This document shows, piece after piece, positions 14,340 to 57,500 of a stretch of DNA of 64,000 bases (position 1 is its first letter; each line of letters begins with the position of its first letter). Origin of the DNA: Lingula anatina. Lineage: Eukaryota > Animalia > Brachiopoda. The stretch spans positions 71,154,788 through 71,218,787 of the forward strand of contig CM120640.1 in the NCBI GenBank assembly GCA_051362555.1, written 5' to 3'. The position numbers and the translations under genes were made by a program. The notes below the pieces were generated by a model, which made no database searches, had not been told where the DNA came from, and worked only from the letters and a program-made list of their open reading frames with translations.

Positions 14340-17300
14340 CTGTTTTTTGTAGATGGTTCCAAAATGGTTGTTCCTGAACATGACAGCTAGCTCGTCATCC
14401 TTCAGTGTGGACAGCAACTCACAAAGGCCGTGGTAAGTTAACTGGGAGGCAGTGGTGGTCAGGAAGTTCTCTGCTATCAGTGCTGCAATACAATAACCAA
14501 CCACTTGCTTCTCACATTAAAAATGACATTATGAAAAATCCTCATTAATTTTGTGCAATTATACTGCTCCATTAGAATGTGATATTTTCAAACAGTGCTT
14601 TATTGGTGGGATAAAAGTCAGAGGGAAAACACAAATGATTTTAAATTCAATTCACATTGCAACATCTCTTCCACACATTTACAACTTTTTGAAAAAAAAA
14701 AAAAACTCTGTCAAAAATTATTTCAATGACATACCTTCAGTGACCAGCTCCTCCTTGTCTGAGGCTTTCTGAGTGATAATCTTCTCCACTAACTGGTTGT
14801 AGCTGAGGTTTCCCACTGCAGACAAAATCTCAGGACTCTCTGGGTCGGGAAGCCAGCCATGATACAGCAGAATATTGAGCAAGTCAAATACTATACACTC
14901 CGGTGTATACTCAAAGTCTCTAACGCTGGAATGAAGAGGATGAAATGGAATTAAACAAGGGATTCAAGGAAAATTTTGTCATCATCTACAGTTTCTTTTG
15001 AAAAAGTTGGCCTTGTTGCCCCTGTAGTTAACCCAACTTGAGTAATGATTATGAACAAAGTTTGATTCAGAGTGGGTCTTTTTTGACCAAAAAGGCAATT
15101 CTCTGGAACATGCAACAATTGGTTTTGCCTGTAGGCCAGAATCAATTCAGATAAGAATAGCTTTCATGATAATTCTTTGAAGAAAGAAACCTAAAAGATA
15201 CCTACAGTATATATTGAACTGCAAATTTTGATTTTGTCTGACACTTTGAAGAAAATTGTTTTTCTGACTAAAATCATTTATAATTCTTAGACTAATAAAC
15301 TTTTAAAATCTGAATGTGTCTGAAAAAACATCTAGCCGAGGCAGAAATGAACAGCATTCATGGCTGGCTTTCATAAAATACAGATATAATTTCCCGATAT
15401 TCTTATATGAATACAAAATGTATCTATAATTTCAAACAGAAATGAAAGGGTGGAAACATGGAAAATATACTTTTTAAAATTAGATGCAATAACTGTAAGT
15501 TAAAAATCTCAACCAGCTGACTTTGGCTCAGCCCTTGTTGCTGGGTGGTTTACCCTGTAAACTTGACATTGACATCTAATCCTGTCTGCAGTTTGTGGAA
15601 CACGGACATTGCATCGTGCATATTCTGCTCATAATTCAGTTGGGCCGATTCTGGGATGTTCTGGAAGGAAACAAAGAACCTTTCTACGTTTGGCCATGAT
15701 TTCCAAATTAGACATTTAACTTCTTAATATATTCCTTGAAAACATATTGCACTTGGGTTTATTATTACAAGAAAAATTGTGGGTAAAAATTACCTTTGGA
15801 GCTTGTTCAAAGACGCAGTCTCCCAGATACTCCATTAGCTGGCCAGACGTTACTATCTCCATCATGGCGGGAAACTTTAACTTATTCCGTAACGATAATA
15901 CATTGATGATGGAAATAAGAGGACATGGTCCATTATCATTCTGAGTAACAATTCCTATCTTCTTCCCTTTAAACTGGATCCATTTTAAGTGATATATACT
16001 TTGGAGTGGAGTTTTTTGGTCCCCATTGGCTTCTGCTGCAGTAGCACCTTCTTGGCTTTCCTTATCAACTGTTGCCATGGCAACATTCTCGCTCTTTGTT
16101 AACTGGGATTGTTCATTACAAGGAATATTTACAACTAGCTTTTCATTAGCACTTAGTGTGACATCTTTTGTGTTTCCATTTTCTGAAAATGAAGCATTGG
16201 TATTTTCCTGAACACCCGTGACTGCAGCGTCCAGTTGAACTGTGTCTTTACTAGTGGACAATGTGTCAAACATTTCCAGGATCTCCTGCTGGTCAATATG
16301 GCCAGTGTGGTCAGCAGTGCTAGCAGAGGACACCGCCGCACCATCACCACTGGGCTCCTTACTCTCATCTTCCTGTGTGACCACAGAGCCAAACCCCTCA
16401 CACTCCTCTATCTGTTTTACTGGTACAGAACCACTGTCATCATTTGTACTTGGAGGAGGTGGAGGTAATGTCTGCTCACTGGGCTCTGTGGCAATGTGTA
16501 CTGTATCTGACACTGATGATTTTAAAGCTTCTATCTCAGATACAGCACATGTGTTCTGTTGGACACCATTTTGTTCACCACTTGTTTCTGAAATAAAACA
16601 ATAAATCTTAAATGATAAAAATGTTAATGATTTCAACAATAATCCTCATTTGGCAGCATAATGTTAGGATATCTCGAAGTTAACTTGTAGAAAGTATATC
16701 AGTTATAATAATAAATGATCTATTTCAACTCTTTTCAGTAGCCTTATGTATACCACTAATAGTGGAAAGAGTCCAAGGTTCTCTACAGCATGACTGCCAT
16801 CTGGTATTTAACATAATCAGATACACTAAGGAGTCCATGTAACAACTGCAGTGAGAAACTCATAACTGAACCAGTGTTACCATGAGGCTGTGCTGGTGCC
16901 AGGTTCTCCTCCATCACTGAATTTGAACTCTGTTCACCAGAATGTGCTGTGTGCTTCTCTTTTTCACTCGACATAGGAAAGGTCTGTCAGTGCACTGTGG
17001 TGTATTTTTTCTTTTAGTGTCCTATGAAGTAAGTTTGCATCAACACTGATCTGAAAAGCCAAACATATTATTGAAACAGACTAAACCAGGTTCTTTATTT
17101 TGCAGTTATTAGTAAAACATGAATGTTTTGTTGGTGCATAATCAGTGTAATCAAGTCTTTACATTATATTGTCATATTTTATCGTCTATCAGTACATTGT
17201 ATTATATTACATTTTTAACCTGTTATACAGTATATTGTACCTACTAGTACTCATGTTTATTGTACATTGGATTACCATTAACTATCTGCCTATCACATCT

Positions 17301-18258
17301 GAGCCATACCTTCATATATTGGCAGAATATATAAAATGGTTTGCCAGTAACTGTTACTTACTAGTATTACTAAATTCTGAACCTGGACAGCTTTGCTTAT
17401 ATGAAAATTTACAATAAGCATAACATTTCTTGTTGCCGTGACCATACCGTTCACAACTCGAAAACTGTCTTGGGGTATATAATGTATTTTACTGCACAAA
17501 TTAATGTGAACAGAAACTAAATTAAGTTGATTTAAACAGAGTAAAACTGAAACTGATAAAAACATAAAACTATATGATCCCAGGAAACCCGTGTCGCTGA
17601 AACTGAAAAAGTAAGGACGGGAGCAGAACTTTATACATGTGTGTCATGTGACACAAACACATCTCACTGACTACTCACTATGATCTTTTCTAACATGTAA
17701 TCACTGCTCGTGTTGCAGTTACACTTATAGGTCAGTATTCAGAAGATGAAATGTAATTTTACACAGTTTACAGTCATGTCACTGTTCTATGCAATGTTTC
17801 TATTCACAATAAATTATCAGTATTAAATATGTAAAGGCATTGGGCATTTCACAACATGTACCTCAGTCCATCAGACAAACACACATGTAACAGCTACAGA
17901 ATCCTTTTTGAGGTTGGTTTAAATAGAAAACAAGTATGGTTACACATAGGAAAATGTACTGCGATCGAGTGCTGGTAATATTTCGTAGAATTTACGAATG
18001 TCAGCAATATCTTATAAATAACTAATGTAATAACCGGCCATTAACTTGTGATCAGGCAATGGTTGTAATAATGTCATCTTGGGTTGCCTCCATGTTTACG
18101 CTTGTTCTAAGGTAAAACATCTTTAACAGCCTACATCAGTTGAATTTATATGATCACAGCTTCAAGTGTATACCTACAATAAACCGAAATCGGCTTCTAT
18201 CGCCTGCAGTACAAAAATAATAATGCGGCAACACACGATTCTTACCAGCATCCGCCAT
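14340..18258 (-). CDS. MINDY1/2: Ubiquitin carboxyl-terminal hydrolase MINDY-1/2 family (FAM63) deubiquitinase, 3'-incomplete in this window
   Basis: Exons 18258-18246 (MADA, candidate start), 17050-16881 (alternative, ATG at 16974), 16587-15794, 15660-15554, 14925-14735, 14482-14340. Motifs: YHLKWI...IVTQNDNGPCPLISIINVL (catalytic Gln/Cys), LQTGLDVNVKFTGVRDFEYTPECIVFDLL...YHGWL, VGNLSYNQLVEKII, ASQLTYHGLCEL, MFRNNHFGT (catalytic His). Confidence 0.93.
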
Positions 18259-19404
18259 TGAAATTACAACTCTCGACAGGTGCGTGGAAGAGCGAGATCA
18301 AAACATGCACCAGCTTAACTCGCCATTTTGCTAAGGAGCACAAGTAAGTCAAAGTTTTGCAAACTTTTTAATTCATCCCAGTTTTGGATGGCATTGGCAG
18401 TAAGTACGTAAAATGCGCACAATAATAAGTTTATGCACAAAGCCGTAGATCGCTGCTGTTTGATTGCAATGTTTCGGAATCCTCTATCAAGTTTTGGGTG
18501 CGATCGCGTAACTGTAAAATGTAAAACCAAATTTTAACGTGTTAAAATATTGAAAGTACATTAAATCTATAATTATTTTGGGACCAGAAATCTCTTTGGA
18601 AGTGTATAACATGCCCAGTTTCTTACTGTCGGACTTCTACTTGATTGCTGTGAGTGTTGCCACTTGTTGACTTGCAGTGGTATCGAGGGTTGTAAAATGT
18701 TCATATACATGTATAAAGTTAGGGCGGACGGAGGTTTCTGCGCACCCGGCCACCGCCGTTTACCTGAGTATTTAACATGTTCATTCAAAACCAAATCTCT
18801 AGCATACGTAGAGTATTATTCTGCTGAATTGCCAATGAATGGCACAGCATAGAGTTAGGATGCTTATATCAAACTTAATTGGTTCAGCTATTATGGTTAG
18901 AACACCTGCTCCCCTTATAAGGGAACTACACGGCTTTTTGTCCGTAACTCTGAGGCTGTTCCTTTGTTCACACGCCCACCCCAATTTCTCATAATCTCAA
19001 ACTTAACTCTGGAAACTTTCCCGAATTTTTCCCTGTGCCAAATTGACTTAAGAAGCCTCTGGCAACTTAGATTAGCTTGGGCCTGGTTTCCAGCAGTATA
19101 TAGGCTGGTTTAAATTACTAACAAAACAAGCCGTTTCTCACTGGCCTGACCCCAATCATGGGGCAGCCGAGCTGACATTGGAGCACCTCCTCACTATTGT
19201 TCTCACGCTGTCAAAGGGTGGCCTATTTTCCCACGAGTGTATATTGCACTCTAGTTAGCCGACTAGGACTTGTTTCTTAATTAGAGTAGATGCACAGTCT
19301 CAGGTAGTGTTTATACTTGTATTTCCTGAAATTCTGTGACTTTCTGTGAGCTGTAGAAGAAGTTAGGGGAGAAAGTGTTCTGTTCTCCACCTGAGTGAGG
19401 GATC
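18259..19404. promoter_or_regulatory. Candidate bidirectional promoter region between MINDY (-) and Su(H)/CSL (+)
   Basis: Divergent first coding exons ~1.1 kb apart; locally more CpG than flanks; GC/CACCC box near 18970, CCAAT near 19152. Exact TSSs are unknown. Confidence 0.6.
19135..19235 (-). promoter_or_regulatory. Cluster of CSL-binding motifs upstream of the CSL start codon
   Basis: Minus-strand CGTGGGAA (19228-19235), CGTGAGAA (19200-19207) and AGTGAGAA (19135-19142); the first two match the YGTGRGAA consensus. Confidence 0.65.
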
Positions 19405-49485
<30,081 letters not shown>

Positions 49486-52400
49486 CAGTGGCAATATTGA
49501 GAATGTTTACATAGTGGCAATGCCAGGAGGAGTTCATGGTATCAATCACCTCAGTTTTTTTCCACTGAGTGCCTTCATAAGGAACAGACCGTGATGGGGA
49601 AATCATTCATGGAAAACAAAACATAAATGGCCAAATCTTCTTTTATACAGTTAGCCCATGTGTACTTATTTTTCTGTATGTTTTTGTTTTTTGGTGCTTA
49701 ATTTCACAACGAGAAGTAACTGATGTGGATGTTTAGAGAGTGCACATTCAGCTGAAAGGGAGAAAGTTGAATTGACCAACCTGTTCAGGAGAGACAACAG
49801 CGCAGCAATATGCTGCTGTTTAATTGACCAGCAGGGAAAACTCAGACACTGTCCACCAGGTTAATGTTGCCAGATATATTGCCCTGTCAAGAAGTTTTCT
49901 ACAGCAAGTGCCCAGTGGGTCTGGACAAGTGAAAGTGATGTAGAGACGCATACAAGACAGCAGTATTATGGGAGGCATTGCTCCATGGCAGATATGGTAG
50001 TGTCAGTACAGCTGGGTTTATGTGGCAAATTCAAGTACATTTTCTATTAAACTGAAATACAGCAATGGTCCTGTAGCTTGGGGAGGAGCGATGGAGAGAA
50101 AATATTTTTCAAATTCTTGTCAGAATTGTGCGTTTTGACAATCTTGTATTGGCTGGACTTGTATGATATTCCATTCTTATTGTACCCTGGATATGACCAG
50201 TCATGTAACCTGTGTCAAGTCCGTGTATTTACACATTATGCATATTTTCTGTATAAAGACATGTACATGTATTTTCATAGAATGAAGTTGTTCTATGCAG
50301 GCCTGGATGCATTATTTATTGTAAAGCCAACTGTTGTTATACCCTAAGAATGCATTTGCACACACGCTCACTCACCCTTGCATGCTTCAGTGCACACACG
50401 CAAACATGAATGGTCAGGCGCACACACTCGCATTTGGATCTGTATCTTCACATGCACATACAAATATTATCTCATTTTTATGAAAGACATACTTAGGCCA
50501 GGAAGGACCATACGCAATACTTCTCTCTCAGTTTACACCATAACCTGCAGGACATCTTGGCTCTCCTTCATTACTTTTCAGCCACTTTACATTAAGTACT
50601 TAAATCTAATACAACAAATGTGGCACAGATCATGTTATCAGGCCACTGGTCACAGCACACAACCTTCTAGCTCCCAGCCTACCATGAGAGGTATTCTTAG
50701 CCAAACCATTTCACTCAATATGCACTGGGAGCAATGTGATAGAGAGATGCCTTAGTTATATCTTCATACATTACACATGTATTTATAAATGGAAAACTAA
50801 TGTTTTTACAGAGGCAATGTTTTTTTCATCAGCCCAGGCTTATTCCAAGTATCATTTGTTACTGTCAAATTTAAAGGTATTTTGTCAGGGCAAAATTGTG
50901 AAAGTGCTCTCATGCATGCCAAACAAAATTTTCTGTCACATTCGTTACGATTTTCCTCGACAGCGTTTATTTTGAGGTTTGTGTGAGATTGCTAAAACAC
51001 GATCTCCTGAGCATTTTGACTGTGCTTGATAAATGAAAGGTCCACATCATCTTTTTGTGTTATAACCTTTATACTGGTACTAAAAAATGAAAACTGTCTT
51101 TATGGGAAGCTACCTGGACCAAGTTCCTTCATTCACACCTAGGTAACATTTGATGCTACATGCCATTCTGTTTCATGTCCAAGCTACAGACATCCACTTA
51201 AATGTATTTCAATTCTGTCCCGTCAACACACTGTTGTTTTACCTGTGACCAAAAGGATGTTGATACTTATACCAAATATCATCTTGCTTGGAAGTTTTAG
51301 GTGTTGTGTCCCAGCGGTTTCCCATAGATTGCAGTGCAACCATTGCTTTTAGTAGCTGACATGTTTGTGCCAAGCCATGCATGCCTACTTAAAGCTAGGG
51401 ATAACTATATGCTCGTCAGGTTATACTAAGTGTCAGATTTTATTCTATATTTTTAAGCCAACATTTTAGATCTCTATGAACGTCAGCTGTAGGTGAAATA
51501 TTTTGAGTGAAGCAACTTTTAAATGAAGGAATACATTCCACTATAGCTGCCAGTCATAGTCTATAAGAGCACCTTCACAGTAATCTATGGTGATAGTTAG
51601 GACTGCATTGGATATGTGTCATTGTGCTAGTGGAGACTTCACTGGATGTGTGTCATTGTGCTAGTGGAGACTTCACTGGATGTGTGGCATTGTGTTAGTG
51701 GAGATTTCACTGGATGTGTGGCATTGTGTTAGTGGAGACTTCACTGGCTGTGTGGCATTGTGTTAGTGGAGATTTCACTGGCTGTGTGGCATTTTGGCAG
51801 TGGAGATTTCACTGGATATGTTGCATTGTGCTAGTGGAGACTTCACTGGCTCTGTGGTATTGTGCTAGTGGAGACTTTACTGGCTGTGTAGCATTGGCAT
51901 TGTGTATAAGCACAATTTATGCCCTCTCCTTCAGTCATTGTTAACTGGTGTTATAGTAGAGTATAAAAAATCTTTTTGCCTATTCAAAGGCATTACCTTA
52001 TTAAAGACTTGCTGGACAAAGTTGTACCCAAAGATGATGTCAGTAGTTGTTTAAAGCAAGGCCAAGTTTTATATCAATGCCTTGGAGTTGAATTTTGCGC
52101 CAACTAATTTTTTCATGCCATATAAAGCCATTCTTTTTATGTATTGTATTTCATATGCAACTGTATTAACTAATTCAAGAAATCCCACGTTCTGTTTGCT
52201 ATTATGTTCTACTTATAATCCATTAGCAGCTTTCTCTGTACTGACATTATACTTGCCTTGCCTGGTGGTCTTAAGTCAACTCAGTTTGGGTTATGTTATT
52301 CATTCATGTTATATGAATATTCCTAACTGTTAAGTGCCTTACCAAAAGTGATTATAAGTTATTGACCAAAGTATCTATATTGTAAACTGTTATTTGATAT

Positions 52401-53230
52401 CATGAAAAAATATGTTCAGTCATGTGTTCATCGGTTTTTGCAGTTGCAGATATTCTTACTGTGGTAATTGATAGGTAAAGTGTGAATGGATTTTATTCCT
52501 CTGTCAAAATTTAAGCAAATTATGAAAAAGAGACAAGGTTTTGCTAGATCATTTTGATCATGTTGACAAAGAAAATCAAACCTGCCTTGCATCAAAATTG
52601 AAATCCAGTAGAAAATTGTGTTCTATGTGCTGTTCAGTGGTGTTTAAGATTTCACGTGTCCAATATGTTGTATGAAATGGATAATTCTCTTTTAACATTA
52701 CCATATCAGATTGAAAATTATGTAATGAATATGGGGACAATATGTGGCAGTGTAGTTGTCAATAGAATCTAGTGTTTGATCATCAAGCCCAAGAAGCACT
52801 CAGAGCAGTAATAGAAAGCAGGTGTAGAAGCACAATGTATCATTCTATAGCATGGGTATATAAAAAATACATGATGTACATGTGTGCAGTATAAAAAAGC
52901 GCAGAGCCCGTCATTTCAGACCAAGCACGTGCCGCTCACCCTTTCGGTCACGTGGCCTCGTGCCTGGTCTGGGGGCGCCTCTGACGTCATATGTCGCTTT
53001 GCGCCACTGTGGTCGCAATTGTGCAATATACAGATCAACCAAACGTCACTTCATCGACTTCATGAAGGTCATTAATATGTGGTCTGTGAAGTTTAATGTA
53101 AACTACATCCATCTTGTGTCGCTGTTGTTATTGTTCATGGTGGTGAAAGCATTGTACAAAGTTGCATTTTGTATTGTTAGATACAAACTTGTAGACCACA
53201 TTACGAAACAATAAAAGTATTATTTTTCAA
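49486..53230 (+). other. Probable long (~3.7 kb) 3' UTR of the CSL gene ending near an AATAAA signal
   Basis: No coding exon seen after the stop at 49483-49485; AATAAA at ~53210 followed by a T-rich tract. Extent is inferred. Confidence 0.5.
51607..51895. repeat. 34-bp minisatellite, ~8 copies, in the probable CSL 3' UTR
   Basis: gtggaga core at 51630, 51664, 51698, 51732, 51766, 51800, 51834, 51868; unit tgtgtggcattgtg(c/t)tagtggaga(c/t)ttcactgg(a/c). Confidence 0.95.
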
Positions 53231-54526
53231 ATTTATTTTGACGTCTTCATCTTGATCGCAGCTGACGCTTCCAAGTATTGGTCCCCTGGTCAGTCCGAAT
53301 ACGAACCCCATGGTTGTCAAAACTTTTTTGTCTTTGGTTATTTTCTCTATTCGCAATCAGATTATTATTATTCGAAAAGTGGATTTACTAAAAACACTTT
53401 ACACTTTCATTTATTTATTTTCAGGGACAAGTATCTTAATTTCTATTTTGCAGCATCTTTATCTTAGCAAAATAATGTCAATAAAAGGAAAATTGTCAAC
53501 CAGAAAATGTCCGTGGACAAATTAAGAAAGCTTTTATTCATTATCACGCAGCACTTGCTGGTCTGCCCTTATTTCCAACTCCACTCTGCTCAAATCTCAT
53601 GTAGTCATGTTTATTTTTACTTAATCGCGAGGCTTTGGTCTGTGGCAGATGTTTCAATTTTATGCAAAGAAAACCCTTATCCATACGTCACCTGCATGGT
53701 TCAAGTCATCACCTGCCATGCACGTGAAGCATGGTCTGCGTTTTAGTCGGTCACGGTATGTAGAAACTATGTTTAATTGTTGTTTTGAAACATTTTGTTC
53801 AGGCTATGACCATTAACCGTATTTATGTACTGAAGAGTCCAAACTAGTTCAACAACTTCTGCAGCTACAGCTCTGGATAAAATATTCTAATAAAGGATAC
53901 ATCGGTTAACGCCAAGTTGGCCCCTCATCTTTAACAAGTATAAGACGATTTACAAGAAAGTTGTGCAGTGCCGGTTATCCGTTTAAAAAAGAAAACAGGA
54001 AATTAAAAATATTGAGCTTCAAAGTTACGAACTTTATCATATATGTATAGTGCAGGGGACAAATTATATTTTACATACCTGGAAATATCAGAATAATAGA
54101 TATCCAGATAACCCCCAAATTAAGGACATCTTGTTCAAAGCCACTACAGGCATTCTGATAGTGCCCATATAAGCATGGAAATGATTTTAGAACCACCCCC
54201 TCCCCCAAGCCATACCGCGACAACGAAGATTAACTGTTAATTTACCACTGATACTATTGAGTATGTTAGTAAATTGTTGCTCTTCTCCAAAACGGGAGTT
54301 GCTTCTTCGGAGTAACAAGACCTAAAATGAAAAATATATCTCAGTTGATAAAAGTGAAAAAAGGTCCAATAGTAGAATGTATAAATAAACATGTATATAA
54401 AGAAGTTAAATCATTGTCATCTAAAAAGCCAAATATATTATTAAGGAACATCTTAAAAGAAGCATTAGTTTTGACCTAAAATAAATATATAATAATAAAT
54501 GTACCCGCCTAATATCATCGGCTACT

Positions 54527-57500
54527 TCAGTAGATATTCCACGGTAGATGAAACATATTGTACCAGTAGCAGGGTAGAGACATGCGGCGCTGTGTCGGCA
54601 GTTTCATAACGTTACCCTGAGCATCGTACAGCTTGACGGCCTGTAGGTCTAGCGAGAGCCTGCCGTCCTTCCACTGACCGACCTGAAATATTTGACATCA
54701 CATGAATCAATCTTCATTCTCACAGATGCTGCCGTTAACTAATATCAAGCCATAAAAATATATAAGGTTGCACTGGTAGAACAGTTTACTATATATTATC
54801 AATGATGATATTCCTTTAAAGTTGGTGGGAATATTTAAGTACAATATTTTCGCATTGATGAAGCGTTGTATTTTGAATACAACTCTTTTCCGCGGCCATT
54901 CAAGAACCGATCCTAAGTACGTGCCTAAGCACGTGCCGCCTACCTCTACAAACCCAGCATCTCCCTGGTAGTTTAACACCTTGTAGCGTCCCAGACCATT
55001 GTTCTCTTCTGTAAACGAGAACGGCTGACCAGCAGCTCCAGAGAAGCTACCTTTGCTTATCTCTTCAAGGAGTTCTCCAATACTTCCATCATCGCCTGGA
55101 ACCTCATCAAAACATCCAGATACATTGACTTTTCCGCACTTTCTAAGGTAAAGATTTGTCACCCCTAAAGCATACGCGTACACAGCATTGATGGTATTTG
55201 AGGTATAGAAGTGCTGGGGCAGTGGTCTCTCACTAAAAGACTCCGTTCCTCTACACACCACATCGTATTTACCGCCAAACTCAAGACCGCACTCGAAATG
55301 GTCCTCCCAAAACTCTCTATACCACGGGTCATTGGGAAAACTGTCTGCCGTCAAACGTTCCAAAAATGTGTCGAATCTCGAATCTGTAGGATAGTCCGGC
55401 TGCAAGGTAAAACTACCTCGGACGACATCCTCCACTCCGTTAACCACGCCCGCTCTCCACGGGTTCCCTCTTATCCACATCAGTTTTCCTGCAGTGCCCT
55501 GGCGCTTCCCGGCAAGAAGCAGCTGACGAGTCTCAGATTCACTGGCAAAGATGATAACTGCCGTCAAACCGTGGACGCTGCAAAGTTCCTTAATTACGCC
55601 GTCATATTCACCCTCTGAATCTGGCAGTTTTCTCACGCCCACTGTGCAAATACCTTGACCCTCCAGTAGAGCTATGAGTGATTCCACGGTCTTCTCGTCC
55701 GCACTTGCATTAGAGTACACAATTGAAATGACACTTCTTCTGATTTCTTTCACAAGTGATGTCAATAACTCTAGTTGCCCTGTGTTAGTTCTGGCAGTCC
55801 TTAAAAACCTTGGGTGGTTGGTTTTGTTATTGAACACGGGGGATGTAGCTCCAGGACTAATCTACAAAATAAACAAATGAAAAAAATTATTTTAAAAATG
55901 ACACAACTCATCAAAAAATGAATTAAAAAATAAATACACGAATTAAGTCCTTTATTTTGTTTTTATGATATCTCAACTTTTAAATTACGGCGGTCTTTTA
56001 CCTGAACCAAATGGTATCCTCTCTGATTGGCTTTGCTTATGGCGGCCGTGACGTCATCAAGGTATCCTCCAATCATAGCCATGACATTAGTGAGAATGGG
56101 CGGGTCCGGGGGCTGGTTGAATAAGCGCAGGTTCAAATCAAATGCTTCAAACACAAATTCGCCATGTTTGGAATTAGAACAAGTATCCCAAACCATAAAA
56201 CCCAAAACAGAATCGCCGAGGATGGTGGAGTTCTTGTTGATTTGATCTATGGCAAAATAGAACGCCAAAAGTTGCTGGTACATTTCGGGTCGAAGAGCAC
56301 CGCAAGTGTCATCAAATGACTGGTACGCGTGCAGCGGGAAGTAGCCCAGGAGTGTGAAATCGCGGTATTGCTCATGGAATGGCATATCCATTATTTTCTC
56401 GGTGGAGCACTTGCACGGCGGGTTCAGACACGAAGAAGTGACAGCTTCTGCAGTTTTGGTGGCAGTGTCGTTAATGGCGTAATAATAAAGATTCTGTTTT
56501 TCTAAGTTCAAAACACCTTCCGTCCATGTACCAGCCTAGTCAAAGATGGAGATACACATTTGAAAACTGCACAACTTTATAACAAAAATAAAAATAATAA
56601 TTTGAAAATTGTCTTAACAATAAAAGAAAAAATTACTTTCTTTCCACCAAAAATTCTCAACAATTAAACATGAAATGCACTCACCTTAACGTACCCATAG
56701 CTATTGTCGTGTAACCTCTGAAAGTTGTAGATGCCATACCGTGGAACGCCGTCCCCCAGTCTATCGAAGGCCACTCGTGTTCCGCCGCTTCCCTCGAAAT
56801 CCAATCGCGTCATGTATTCATACACTTTATCGAGGTTGTTCCTTGCCTTCCTGCATAACTCCAAGGGTGTCTCAGGACAAAAATCTTTTATCAGTTTTTG
56901 GAGACTTCTTGCATACACATACACGCCGTCTACTACATTGGCGGCATGGGACTGAAAGGGGGCAACATCCGAGTGACTCAGGGACAGGTCTTCAGAACAG
57001 GGTTTGGAGTACTTACTACTGTCTCTAAGATAGCATCCAAAATGCTGTTCCCATAATTCCTCAAACCAAATATTTCTTTTGTTAGTTTCTGGCGTAAGAG
57101 ATGTCAGATAGCGTCCAAAAGCAGGCAAAGTTTGGGAGTGAAAATCAAGGGTTATTGCTCCCCTGGCAACAGAGTCTAGGCCACTCACAGGACGTCCCGC
57201 TAGTCCCCACGCGTCCGCGGCAAGCCAAATGATTTCGTTTGACGTGTTTCCAAGCAGACGATTTCTGGCCTGTAAAATTGCTCTGGCGTGACTGGCTGTC
57301 ACAAACATGGCAACAACTTTAGCATTTGGGAAAACGCCAGCAATCATGTACTGAACAACATTTTCCATGACTGCATCGTCTGAGGGAAAGTAGTTCTCAA
57401 TCATAATCTGTGTTGCTACACAAAGGCCTTCCTTCTCCGCTTTACGTAGAAACTGTCTCATTCCAGCTCGACCATAAGCGTTATCAGAAAACACGGTGAT

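Noticed and set aside
49486-53230. K-box/Brd-box/GY-box miRNA sites in the CSL 3' UTR
   Set aside because: Only an isolated TGTGATA near 50735 was noticed, which is expected by chance in 3.7 kb.
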